A stretch of DNA of 64,000 nt from Bryobacterales bacterium (GTDB lineage: Bacteria; Acidobacteriota; Terriglobia; Bryobacterales; UBA6623), in the NCBI GenBank assembly GCA_965206025.1, contig CBDBIU010000002.1, positions 259,432 through 323,431 of the forward strand, in the 5' to 3' direction. Each line of letters begins with the position of its first letter. Position 1 is the first letter of the stretch. The position numbers and the translations under genes were made by a program. Below the pieces are notes generated by a model. That model was not told the DNA's origin, searched no databases, and was given only the letters and a program-made list of their open reading frames with translations. Below are positions 1-8,908 of this stretch, piece after piece.

Positions 1-244
1 TTGGGGCACGAACTTTCGAGCGTCGTCAGCCGGGTATCGCCCGGTTGAGATGGCCCGGTCGAACTTCTCGCCATCGGCGTTTGACCGCAAGGCCAATTTA
101 CGATATTATCTGAATAAACAGACAGTACAGTATTATCCATCAATGATGCTTTTAGGAGTGCACGCCTGCCCCCGCGCCCGGGCGGGATTTGCCACCATAG
201 TGGCGAATGCCCCGGGGCTTGCTGGGGGGCGATTGTGAGGAGCC

Positions 245-1153
245 ATGAAAGTTTTGGTGACGGGCGCAACCGGATTCGTCGGATCTCGACTCTGTGAGCG
301 GCTGCGGCAGCGGGGAGATACCGTCGTCGCTCTTTCTCGGGACGGGGCCTCGGCCCGGCGGCGCGTAGCCGCTCTCGAGCACGCTTACACCTGGGATCCG
401 CTGGCGGAACCGGCCGCCTCCGAGGCCTTCGCCGGAGTCGACGCGGTTGTTCACTTACTCGGGGAACCGGTCGCGGGGCGCTGGACGGCGGCCAAGAAAC
501 GCTTGATTTTCGACAGCCGGGTGCTGGGGACCCGCAACCTGGTGGAAACGATTTCCAAGCTTGATGTCAAGCCCAAGGTGCTCGTCTCAAGCAGCGCCAT
601 GGGTTACTACGGCGATCGCGGTGAAGAGCAGCTTACCGAGGAGTCGTCGGCGGGGGAAGGTTTTACGTCGGAAGTCTGCCGGGCTTGGGAGCGGGAGGCC
701 CTACGGGTGGAACCGCTCGGTGTAGGGTTAGCCAGGCTGCGAAGCGGCTTGGTGCTGGCGAAAGCGGGCGGCCCGCTGGCAGAGATGCTGACCCCTTTTC
801 GCCTCGGTGCGGGCGGGCCGCTGGGGTCGGGCCGGCAGTGGTGGTCCTGGATTCACCGGGACGATGCTGTCGGGCTTATCATTCACTTATTGGGCAGTGA
901 TTACAGCGGCCCCGTCAATGGAACCGCCCCCGAGCCGGTTCGCCAGAAGGAGTTCGCGCGCACTCTCGGACGCGTGTTGCACCGGCCGGCATTCATGCCC
1001 GCGCCGGCTTTTGCGTTGAAAGCCGTCCTGGGAGAATTTTCCTCGGAGTTGCTAGCCGGCAAACAGGTGCTGCCGAAAGTCGCGCAGCGGATCGGTTATC
1101 GCTTTCAATACCCTGATCTCCTCTCCTGTTTGCGGGCGGAACTCGGGAAGTAG
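245..1153 (+). CDS. YfcH/TIGR01777-like NAD(P)-binding epimerase-family protein
   Basis: 302-aa ORF. N-terminal Rossmann motif VTGATGFVGSRL; length and C-terminal ...RIGYRFQYPDL tail fit the SDR/DUF1731 group. Confidence 0.75.
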   Translation: MKVLVTGATGFVGSRLCERLRQRGDTVVALSRDGASARRRVAALEHAYTWDPLAEPAASEAFAGVDAVVHLLGEPVAGRWTAAKKRLIFDSRVLGTRNLVETISKLDVKPKVLVSSSAMGYYGDRGEEQLTEESSAGEGFTSEVCRAWEREALRVEPLGVGLARLRSGLVLAKAGGPLAEMLTPFRLGAGGPLGSGRQWWSWIHRDDAVGLIIHLLGSDYSGPVNGTAPEPVRQKEFARTLGRVLHRPAFMPAPAFALKAVLGEFSSELLAGKQVLPKVAQRIGYRFQYPDLLSCLRAELGK

Positions 1154-1237
1154 CGGGCTAGCGGGGCCTAAGACGCCACATTGCCGAGCCTCGCAAATTA
1201 TGGCGACAGGGCCCGTGTTCAGAGTGTTTAGACTCCA

Positions 1238-1259
1238 GGGGTACAGCATGCTGTACCCC
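1238..1259. terminator. Perfect 22-bp palindrome between convergent genes (candidate bidirectional terminator)
   Basis: GGGGTACAGCATGCTGTACCCC lies between the stops at 1153 (+) and 1300 (-). No strong U-tract follows. Confidence 0.4.
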
Positions 1260-1299
1260 TGTCGCTGTTTTGCGAGGCCCAATAGCTGACTTGCGCGTC

Positions 1300-2577
1300 T
1301 CAGGTCGACGCGCCGGCTCTGGCGAACACGTAGGGGCCTTCGGGGATCACGACGACGGATGCATCCTGGCCCAGTCGGCCAACCACATGATCGACGGCTC
1401 GCTGAGGATCGTCGAACGCAGGGCCCCAAAAACTGTGGCGGTCGTCGGGGTCGACGCCCGGTACACAGAACGCAAGGTTAGCTTTTTCGGCGACCAAGGC
1501 AAGCTTCTCGGCTTGCCATTGATCGATTACCACCGCGCTGTCAAGGAGTCTCTCCAGCAGGTTCTTGGAGTCGGGTGATCGACGAACCATAGCGCTGAAT
1601 TCGGCGCTGCCGAGACCCTCGCGGCAGGCCGCCACGAGCAAGATCGTGCCGCCGGGTTTGACGACGTGGGATGCCGCTGTCACACCCTTGACCGCCTGAT
1701 AGAAAGTCAGGTCCAGCGGGTATCCGCCCGAAGTGGTGATCACAACGTCGGCAGGCTCTTTCACGGCGGCCAACGTCGATTGGCGGACAAAGCCGACCCC
1801 GGCGGCGTGAGCCTCGAGCGGCTCGCCGGCAAAGACGGCGGCGATCCCGCGTGAGCGCGTCAGTGCGACGTCAACAATGAAATCATGGCCCGCCATGGAG
1901 GCGATCTCGATCAGTTCTCGATGCAAGGGGTTGTCGGGGAAGGAACCTTCGATGGCTTCGGGATCGCGCATGAAAAAAGGGCTGTGAAGCCGCTTGATGG
2001 TTTTCTCGCCCGACAGTCCGATAGAAAGCAACTTACGGCCGCCCGAGAAGCCGGCCATCAGGTGAGGCTCGACGAAGCCCAAGGTAATGTGCAGATCGGC
2101 GTCGAGCAATCGACGGTCGATGTAAACAGGCGTGCCGGTTTGGGTCTCTCCCAGATAGACGTTTTCGTCGTCGGCGCGGGCGCGGTGCGACTCCACCCGA
2201 TGGCGCGCCAAGATGTCGTCACCAACGATTTCCCCCAGCTCCTCACGAGTGGCCTCTCGATGGAGGCCCGTCGCTACGAGGACTGAGACCTCGGAAGATG
2301 GCATACCTCCCTTCTTGAGAGCAGCCAACACGTGGGGCAGGACAACGCGGTTCGGCGCGGGCCGCGTGATGTCGCAGACGGCGATCGCGGCGGACCGCTT
2401 CCCGCGAGCCAGCTCCTCGAGCGGGGGCGAGCCGATCGGATTCTGAAGCGCCTCGGCGATCGCTCGATCGGGTGATTCGATCTCCGTGCCAAACCGCGAC
2501 CGCAGTACGGTGGCGCGGAGACTGTCGGGGAGATCGACCTCGACTCCTGTCTGATCGAAATCCAGTTGGAGCCGCAT
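1300..2577 (-). CDS. LarA-family (DUF2088) nickel-pincer-cofactor dependent racemase/epimerase homologue
   Basis: 425 aa, the LarA length. Motifs ATGLHR, FVEPHLMAGFSGGRK and KRLHS align with the LarA catalytic His, cofactor-tethering Lys and Ni-ligand His positions. Confidence 0.75.
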   Translation of the reverse strand: MRLQLDFDQTGVEVDLPDSLRATVLRSRFGTEIESPDRAIAEALQNPIGSPPLEELARGKRSAAIAVCDITRPAPNRVVLPHVLAALKKGGMPSSEVSVLVATGLHREATREELGEIVGDDILARHRVESHRARADDENVYLGETQTGTPVYIDRRLLDADLHITLGFVEPHLMAGFSGGRKLLSIGLSGEKTIKRLHSPFFMRDPEAIEGSFPDNPLHRELIEIASMAGHDFIVDVALTRSRGIAAVFAGEPLEAHAAGVGFVRQSTLAAVKEPADVVITTSGGYPLDLTFYQAVKGVTAASHVVKPGGTILLVAACREGLGSAEFSAMVRRSPDSKNLLERLLDSAVVIDQWQAEKLALVAEKANLAFCVPGVDPDDRHSFWGPAFDDPQRAVDHVVGRLGQDASVVVIPEGPYVFARAGAST

Positions 2578-2615
2578 TCTATGGCCCAGCCATTCCCGAG
2601 GCGCAGCCGGCCGGA

Positions 2616-3482
2616 TCAGGCCGTCGCGCCGACCTCGCGAGCGACCCCTCGGATGAACCCGGCGGCTTCGTCATAGTCCTGCTCTTTCTCCAGGTGCTCG
2701 ATGATCAGCGGCATGTCGGGCGAGGCTTGTTCCATCCGCCTAATGTATGCGCGATAGTCGAGAACGCCGCGGCCCGGCAGAACCTCATGCAGAGTCACCA
2801 TGTTGGGCTGATGGTCTTGGATGACGTCTTTCGCGTGGCAAGAAACGATCCACGGCCCGAGCGTGTCGAAGCATCGATCAATCAGCTCGGCGGTGGAAAA
2901 ATAGAGCTGGGGATTGAGGATCGCATTCGCCGGGTCAAGGTGGGCAGCCAACCTCGGGTCGTCAACGGCGTTGATGAATTTCAGATAGACGTCCGGGCCG
3001 TTGAGGAACGTCCAGGGTGACATCTCGAGCGTCAGCTTCGTTCGTCGCGGGTTCACTTCCGCGAGTATCTCCCGGACCCAGGCGACGACGGCGTCGAAGG
3101 TGCTCTGGGCGAAGTTGTCAGGGTGAGGGGACACATGGCCCACTTCATCGTCTGTGCTGAAAGCCCCCACAACCGTGGCGCAACAAATCGCTCCTACTTC
3201 ATCGGCGACAGCGAGAGTTTCGGCAATGGTCTCGCGGTTCTGTTGCCGCTTCTCGGGCCGTAGGTCCAGCGGGTTGACCCAGGCATCGAATTCCGCCACG
3301 ACCACGTCGGCGCGAGCGAATTTTTCTTGGATCGTCCGGATCTTCTCGGTTTCCGAGATACTGACTTCCGGACAAGGCGCGCAACGATAGCCGCGCTTCA
3401 GGCACTCCGCCAGGTAGGCCTCGGGGTCGGCGAAATCCCCGTAGTCGGCTATCGTGGCGCCCAGTCTCACGGTTTCAATCAA
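2616..3482 (-). CDS. Sugar phosphate isomerase/epimerase (xylose isomerase-like TIM barrel)
   Basis: 288 aa with family-typical SCHAKDV and PLIIEHLE segments. TTG start overlaps the upstream gene by 8 nt. Confidence 0.7.
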   Translation of the reverse strand: MIETVRLGATIADYGDFADPEAYLAECLKRGYRCAPCPEVSISETEKIRTIQEKFARADVVVAEFDAWVNPLDLRPEKRQQNRETIAETLAVADEVGAICCATVVGAFSTDDEVGHVSPHPDNFAQSTFDAVVAWVREILAEVNPRRTKLTLEMSPWTFLNGPDVYLKFINAVDDPRLAAHLDPANAILNPQLYFSTAELIDRCFDTLGPWIVSCHAKDVIQDHQPNMVTLHEVLPGRGVLDYRAYIRRMEQASPDMPLIIEHLEKEQDYDEAAGFIRGVAREVGATA

Positions 3483-4359
3483 TCTCCTGCATCAGACGTT
3501 TCACGTACTCCACGTTGCGCTTCATGGCAACCCGGGGATCTTCCTCGCCTTGAAACTCGATGAGCATGTAACCGTCATATCGCCGACGACTCAACTCTTG
3601 CAGTGCGCCGGCAACATCGATGTCCCCGTCTTCGAGTGCCGTGTTCACATAGCGCCGGCCACTGTCGGCGTCGACGTAGCGCCCGACCGTTTCTTCCGGC
3701 CCGAGGAGCCTGTTGTTCTTCTGATGAACGTGGGCCAAATAAGGAATCGACTGCTCGAGAGCTTCCAATGGGTCTTCGTCAACGAATCTCGTTGCGCCGC
3801 AATCGTAAATGCGCCTCAGCCCCGGAGAGTCGATCTCTTGGCAGATGGCAGTCACTTGAGAGGCACGCCCTGTCAGCGCCCGCCCAGGGGCGTAATCGAG
3901 ATTTTCGATCAGAATTTTGACGCCGATATAATGAGCGTGCTCGGCGCACTTGCTGAGTCCGTCGATCATCCAGCTTCGCTGCTCGACGAGCGAGAAACCC
4001 TCCTTCACACAACCGGGTAGCAAGAACGCCATGGGCGCACCCAATTCGGCGGTCCGGTCCAGCAGCGCAAAAGCACTGTCGAGGGCCTTTTGCTGCTCGC
4101 CGGGGGGCACGGCCAGGTCAGCGTCGAAGATATAGCTGAAAACCGGCAAGCCTGCATCCTCCGCGATTTTTCGCGGATAGGAGGCCGGGGATTCCGTCCA
4201 GTAATCGTGCATCAGCTCGATGCCATCCATCCCCAACGTCCCGCTGAAAGCGATGAACTCTTCGGGCGTCAAGTAGCCCGCATGCGATCTGGGGACGAGA
4301 AAACCCTCTTTGTAAGCCCAATCCGCGTTATAGTCCGTGACGGTGATTCGGTTATTCAC
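3475..4359 (-). CDS. Sugar phosphate isomerase/epimerase (xylose isomerase-like TIM barrel)
   Basis: 294 aa with LAHVHQKN and MLIEFQGE segments. First gene of a three-gene minus-strand operon. Confidence 0.7.
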   Translation of the reverse strand: MNNRITVTDYNADWAYKEGFLVPRSHAGYLTPEEFIAFSGTLGMDGIELMHDYWTESPASYPRKIAEDAGLPVFSYIFDADLAVPPGEQQKALDSAFALLDRTAELGAPMAFLLPGCVKEGFSLVEQRSWMIDGLSKCAEHAHYIGVKILIENLDYAPGRALTGRASQVTAICQEIDSPGLRRIYDCGATRFVDEDPLEALEQSIPYLAHVHQKNNRLLGPEETVGRYVDADSGRRYVNTALEDGDIDVAGALQELSRRRYDGYMLIEFQGEEDPRVAMKRNVEYVKRLMQEID

Positions 4360-4480
4360 GATTGCCTACATACGATTTCGCCAAGCGGGCGCACGCCGAA
4401 GGTCCGATTGACAAGCCCCGCAGCACCACTATTCTTAGCCCAGAAGGTTGCGTCGAGCAACCCAGCGCTATGGGACTAGT

Positions 4481-4545
4481 GCTTACTATCATAAGGTAGC
4501 GATCGTTTATGGGGCGGCAATCCGGGGACCGCCCCCTCGCGGTCG
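4481..4545. repeat. ~65-nt repeat, copy 1 of 2 (partner at 19017-19080)
   Basis: GCTTACTATCATAAGGTAGCGATCGTTTATGGGGCGGCAATCCGGGGACCGCCCC recurs at 19017 with few differences. Contains a CATAA...TTATG stem and a GGGGCGG/CCGCCCC hairpin. Confidence 0.5.
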
Positions 4546-4636
4546 CGGCTCAGAAGGCTTTGTGAACAAAGCACTTCCGGTCCAGACGGATGGCCGTATG
4601 ATCCTTCGGGGGGGCAACCGGCGGGTCTCGGCGGCG

Positions 4637-5005
4637 TCAACCGGTCAGTTGCCGAACAACCGAATAGCCCATCATGATGGCCATCAAGACGGCGGTCAGC
4701 CACAGGGCGAGGGTGATCCACCCACTGGGGAGAACAGCCTTCGGCGTGTGCCTCGATCTCAAGTAGATCGTGACGAATCCGACGATCGGCAACATGAGCG
4801 CGTACATAAATCCGCCGATCTTGAGCATCACGACCGGGTCCTGCAAGAACGAGAAAAACACAGCGGCGAGGAACAAGATCACGAACATTGTGGCCCGTAT
4901 CGCCTTCAACCGCGCTCCATAGTTGTTGCGGTCAAACAGGCCGACGACTCGCAGGAAGTCGGCGAACACGAGGCCAAGCGCCATCGTTCCCGAGGCCGAG
5001 ACCAT
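4637..5005 (-). CDS. Hypothetical 4-TM membrane protein, possibly the 3' remnant of a transporter gene
   Basis: 122-aa hydrophobic ORF. Upstream (5171-5263, another frame) a further TM-like stretch LIASELWESGFVPFFLSASVLLVFAALL is cut off by stops. Confidence 0.35.
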   Translation of the reverse strand: MVSASGTMALGLVFADFLRVVGLFDRNNYGARLKAIRATMFVILFLAAVFFSFLQDPVVMLKIGGFMYALMLPIVGFVTIYLRSRHTPKAVLPSGWITLALWLTAVLMAIMMGYSVVRQLTG

Positions 5006-5433
5006 TCGCGACCTTGATCCAGCCTCTTGGCGGAGGCTCTGCTTGGTGAAAGTCGGGGACCGAGAATCGGATGACCGTCCTCATTTTTGGCGGAACCGAA
5101 CTTCACCATGGGCTGAGCCGTCTTCTTCTTAAGGCAAGCGATGGCCGCCGACGAGGCTTGACACACCCGTTAGCTTGAAAGAAGGGCCGCAAAGACCAGC
5201 AGTACGCTCGCCGAGAGAAAAAACGGAACAAAGCCACTTTCCCACAACTCACTTGCAATCAATGGATTACGGGATTCTTTCAGGCCGGCAGCGCAAGGCC
5301 TGAGCCGCCGGTTTCATGCCCGATGCGACGAATCTAGCCGCCCCGTTTGCCCGTATGCCCGGTCTACGCTATGCTTTCGGTTACCTATCATGGACGTTCC
5401 CTGAAGCGCCATGACCGAGCGGTCGTCGACCTT

Positions 5434-7584
5434 ATGAGTGAACTGGTTTCGTTCGTCCGAGATGGTGAGATCGGTATTATCACCGTGAACAATCCTCCCG
5501 TCAACGCGCTCAGTCCGGGCGTGCCCGAGGGGATTATCGAATTGATCGACAAGGCCGAGGCGGACGAGGCCGTGCGGGCCGTGGTGTTGATCGGCGCCGG
5601 AAGGACCTTCATTGCCGGGGCGGACATTCGGGAGTTCGGCAAGATCACCGCGGGCGAGAAGGAGCGCGGCGAGGGTCTCCATCCGCTAACGCGCAAGTTG
5701 GAAGGTTGCTCAAAGCCCCTAGTGGCCGCGATTCATGGAACCGCGCTGGGGGGCGGACTCGAAGTCTCCATGGCCTGCCATTACCGGGTGGCCGTCAGGG
5801 CCGCCCGGGTTGGCCAGCCAGAGGTCAAGCTGGGACTGATTCCGGGAGCCGGAGGCACCCAACGGCTTCCCAGGCTGGCCGGCGTCGCCAAGGCGGCCGA
5901 AATGTGCGCTCTGGGCGATCCGATCACGGCGGAAGAAGCACTCGCCTCGGGCATTCTCGACCGTGTCTTCGAGGGCAACAGGCAGACCGAGCTTCTCGAT
6001 CGCGCACTGGAGTTCGCCGCTGAAATCGTCGAGGAAGGCGCGGTCGCGTCAAAGACCCGAGACCGCGACGACAAGCTGGGCACTGAGCAAACCAACGCCC
6101 CAGTCCTGGCCGCGGCCCGGGACGTGGCGCTCAAGAAGCGCCGCGGGGTGATGGCGGCGCTTAAAGCCATCGATTCCGTCGAGGCGGCCACCCGCCTGCC
6201 TTTCGACGAAGGAATTAAGCGCGAGGTCGAGTTGTTCAAAGAATGCCTTTTCTCGGACCAGTCGAAAGCTCTGATTCACGCCTTCTTCGGTGAAAGAGCG
6301 GTTCGGAAAACCCCCGACATTCCTCCCGACACACCCGTGAAGGAGATACGGAAAGCGGCGGTCGTTGGCGCCGGCACGATGGGCGGCGGCATCACGATGG
6401 CCTTCGTTAATGCCGGCATACCGGTTCGGCTCCGGGAAGTTTCCCAAGAGGCGCTTGATCGAGGTTTGGCGACGATTCGGGAGAACTACGAGCGTTCGAT
6501 CAAGCGCGGCCGCTTCACTCGAGATTTCGTGGCCAAGCGGGTCAGGATGATCGAGCCGACCCTTAGCTACGCCGGCTTCGCGGAGGCCGACATCGTCGTC
6601 GAAGCGGTGTTTGAAGACCTTGCGCTCAAGAAGCAGATTTTCTCGGAGTTGGACGGAATCGCCAACCGCGACGCGATTCTGGCCACGAACACCTCCGCGC
6701 TCGACATCGACGATATCGCCTCCGTGACGTCGCGCCCCGAGCAGGTCATCGGAACTCATTTCTTTAGCCCGGCGAATCTGATGAGGCTGCTTGAGATCGT
6801 CAGGGGAAAAGCCACGAGCGCCGAGGTGATTGCAAGCTGCACGGCGCTGGCGAAGCGGCTGCGCAAGGTGGGCGTGGTGGTCGGCAACTGCCATGGGTTT
6901 GTCGGCAACCGCATGTTTGGCCCCTATATGCGCGAAGCTCAGTTTCTTGTGGAAGAGGGCGCGCGCCCGGCGGACGTCGACCAAGCGCTTTACGAGTTCG
7001 GCATGGCCATGGGACCGCCGGCGACGAGCGATTTGGCCGGGATCGACGTCGGCTGGCGCGTCCGCCAGGAAGCGAAACACCTGCAGCCGGAGGACGCCCG
7101 CCGGCCCCTGGTCGAAGACCGCCTGTACGAGCTGGGACGCTACGGCCAGAAAGCAGGCCTTGGTTGGTATCGCTACGACGAAAATCGAAACCGGACGGAG
7201 GACCCGTCGGTTTCCGAGATCATCGCCGACCTGGTCAGCCAGGCCGGCATTGAACAGCGCGAGATCAGCGGCGACGAAATCGTCGAGCGCACGATCTATG
7301 CGTTGGTGAACGAAGGCGCCAGAATTATCGAGGAGGGTTATGCGCTGCGCGCCGTCGATATCGACATGATCTACATTAATGGCTACGGCTTCCCGGCCTA
7401 TCGCGGCGGGCCGATGTGGTACGCCGACACCATCGGTTTGGAGAAAATTTACGAAAGGCTTCTCCACTACGAAGACCACCACGGGTACTGGTGGCGGCCG
7501 GCGCCCCTGTTGAAGCAATTGGCCGAGCAAGGCAAGACCTTCGCGGGGTGGGATGCGGAGCGGGGCGCGGGCTCGCGGGGTTGA
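5434..7584 (+). CDS. Bifunctional enoyl-CoA hydratase / 3-hydroxyacyl-CoA dehydrogenase (FadB/FadJ type)
   Basis: N-terminal crotonase fold (GIITVNNPPVNAL, FIAGADIREF) followed by an NAD-binding AAVVGAGTMGGGI dehydrogenase half. Start moved to the ATG at 5434 (MSELVSF). Confidence 0.85.
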   Translation: MSELVSFVRDGEIGIITVNNPPVNALSPGVPEGIIELIDKAEADEAVRAVVLIGAGRTFIAGADIREFGKITAGEKERGEGLHPLTRKLEGCSKPLVAAIHGTALGGGLEVSMACHYRVAVRAARVGQPEVKLGLIPGAGGTQRLPRLAGVAKAAEMCALGDPITAEEALASGILDRVFEGNRQTELLDRALEFAAEIVEEGAVASKTRDRDDKLGTEQTNAPVLAAARDVALKKRRGVMAALKAIDSVEAATRLPFDEGIKREVELFKECLFSDQSKALIHAFFGERAVRKTPDIPPDTPVKEIRKAAVVGAGTMGGGITMAFVNAGIPVRLREVSQEALDRGLATIRENYERSIKRGRFTRDFVAKRVRMIEPTLSYAGFAEADIVVEAVFEDLALKKQIFSELDGIANRDAILATNTSALDIDDIASVTSRPEQVIGTHFFSPANLMRLLEIVRGKATSAEVIASCTALAKRLRKVGVVVGNCHGFVGNRMFGPYMREAQFLVEEGARPADVDQALYEFGMAMGPPATSDLAGIDVGWRVRQEAKHLQPEDARRPLVEDRLYELGRYGQKAGLGWYRYDENRNRTEDPSVSEIIADLVSQAGIEQREISGDEIVERTIYALVNEGARIIEEGYALRAVDIDMIYINGYGFPAYRGGPMWYADTIGLEKIYERLLHYEDHHGYWWRPAPLLKQLAEQGKTFAGWDAERGAGSRG

Positions 7585-7669
7585 CGCCCGCGGCTCCCGC
7601 CGGGATTTGGATTCCCCGACGGTAGGTACCGGCGGTCGCGGTTTCACTGTCAGCCATCGAACGATAGGC

Positions 7670-8818
7670 ATGCGAGATTCGATTTGGTTTCAAACGCTCT
7701 CCGACGACCAACTCGGGCTACTCGACGAGTCGGATCCCTTGCCGAGATCGGCCGAAGTGGCCATCATCGGCGCGGGGCTAATCGGCGTCAGCGCGGCGTA
7801 TTTTCTCAGTCAGGCGGGTGTCGCCGACATTTGCGTCATTGATCGAGGGAGGGTGCTCGGCGAAGCCAGCGGAGCGAACGCGGGCGGACTCTGGTTTGCT
7901 CAACAAAGCCCCGAGCTTGGCCCTATCGCGGCACTGGCTCGCGCATCGAGTGTGCTCTACGACGAGTTGGCTTCACAATTTGACTTTGACTTCCGGCGTT
8001 GCGGGATGGTCGAGTTACTCGATGACGAAAGGCAGATCGTCGAAGCGGAAGCAAGGCTCGCGACCGTCAGGGAAGCCGGTTTCCGAGCCGAAAAGGTTGC
8101 CGGGAAGCACGCCCGATCGCTGGAGCCGGGCTTGGGATTCACCCCCTCGGGGGCGCTCTATTATCCGGATGAAGCTTGTCTGCACCCGGCCAGGCTGGGG
8201 GCCGAATTGATGCGGCACTTGAAGGGCAACGGAGTCCGTTTCTGCTTGGGAAATGAAGTAGGGGAACTAACGCCCCAGGTTCAGACTGCCCAGGGATCTT
8301 TGGAGGCGAAGACGACGGTCATCGCCTCGGGCGCCTGGACGCCCCAGGTGACCAGGGCTCTGGGATGGGAACCTCCGATCAAGCCGATGCGTGGGACTCT
8401 ATTGGCGGTCGAGCCTCTGCCGGAAATCCTCCATCACACGGTCCTGACCGCCAGATACTACTACTGGCAGTTGAGCTCCGGACACATTGGAGGGGGTGGG
8501 TCCATCGACGACGTCGGCTTCGAGCAAGGAGTCGATCCCGCTACGACTAAACTAATCCGCGAAGAGATGGAGCGGCTGGTGCCGGCCGTCGTCGGACAAC
8601 CAACGGCCTGCGCCTGGTCCGGGTTCCGCCCCTACTGCGAAGACATGAGGCCCGTCATCGGACCGGTTCCCGGGCAAGAAGGGACATTCGTTGCCGCGGG
8701 CCATTTCAAAAAGGGCGTCATGCTGGCCCCGGTAACCGGGAAGATCTTGGCCGATCTCATCACCCAGGGCAAAACGGATCTGCCGATGGGCCCACTCGAT
8801 CCCGCTCGGTTCAAGTAG
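7670..8818 (+). CDS. FAD-dependent oxidoreductase (DAO / glycine-oxidase-like family)
   Basis: VAIIGAGLIGVSAAYFL dinucleotide fold; ~380 aa from the internal ATG at 7670. Confidence 0.75.
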   Translation: MRDSIWFQTLSDDQLGLLDESDPLPRSAEVAIIGAGLIGVSAAYFLSQAGVADICVIDRGRVLGEASGANAGGLWFAQQSPELGPIAALARASSVLYDELASQFDFDFRRCGMVELLDDERQIVEAEARLATVREAGFRAEKVAGKHARSLEPGLGFTPSGALYYPDEACLHPARLGAELMRHLKGNGVRFCLGNEVGELTPQVQTAQGSLEAKTTVIASGAWTPQVTRALGWEPPIKPMRGTLLAVEPLPEILHHTVLTARYYYWQLSSGHIGGGGSIDDVGFEQGVDPATTKLIREEMERLVPAVVGQPTACAWSGFRPYCEDMRPVIGPVPGQEGTFVAAGHFKKGVMLAPVTGKILADLITQGKTDLPMGPLDPARFK

Positions 8819-8846
8819 GGCGAGACTTGGAACGCCCTTGGTCCGT

Positions 8847-8885
8847 TAGCCCGCTTTTCTCGCCATGTGGTGAGAAAGCGGGCTA
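8847..8885. repeat. Mini element consisting only of the two TIRs of the MITE-like family (hairpin)
   Basis: TAGCCCGCTTTTCTCGCC-ATGT-GGTGAGAAAGCGGGCTA, flanked by TA, between convergent stops at 8818 and 8909. Confidence 0.7.
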
Positions 8886-8908
8886 ACGTTGGCGCTGGTT
8901 CGCTCGGA

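Noticed and set aside
1-96. Possible N-terminal fragment of a minus-strand gene leaving the left edge (...LRSNADGEKFDRAISTGRYPADDARKFVPQ).
   Set aside because: It has only TTG starts and about 30 codons. The third-position GC signal is shared with the overlapping plus frame, so the evidence is insufficient.
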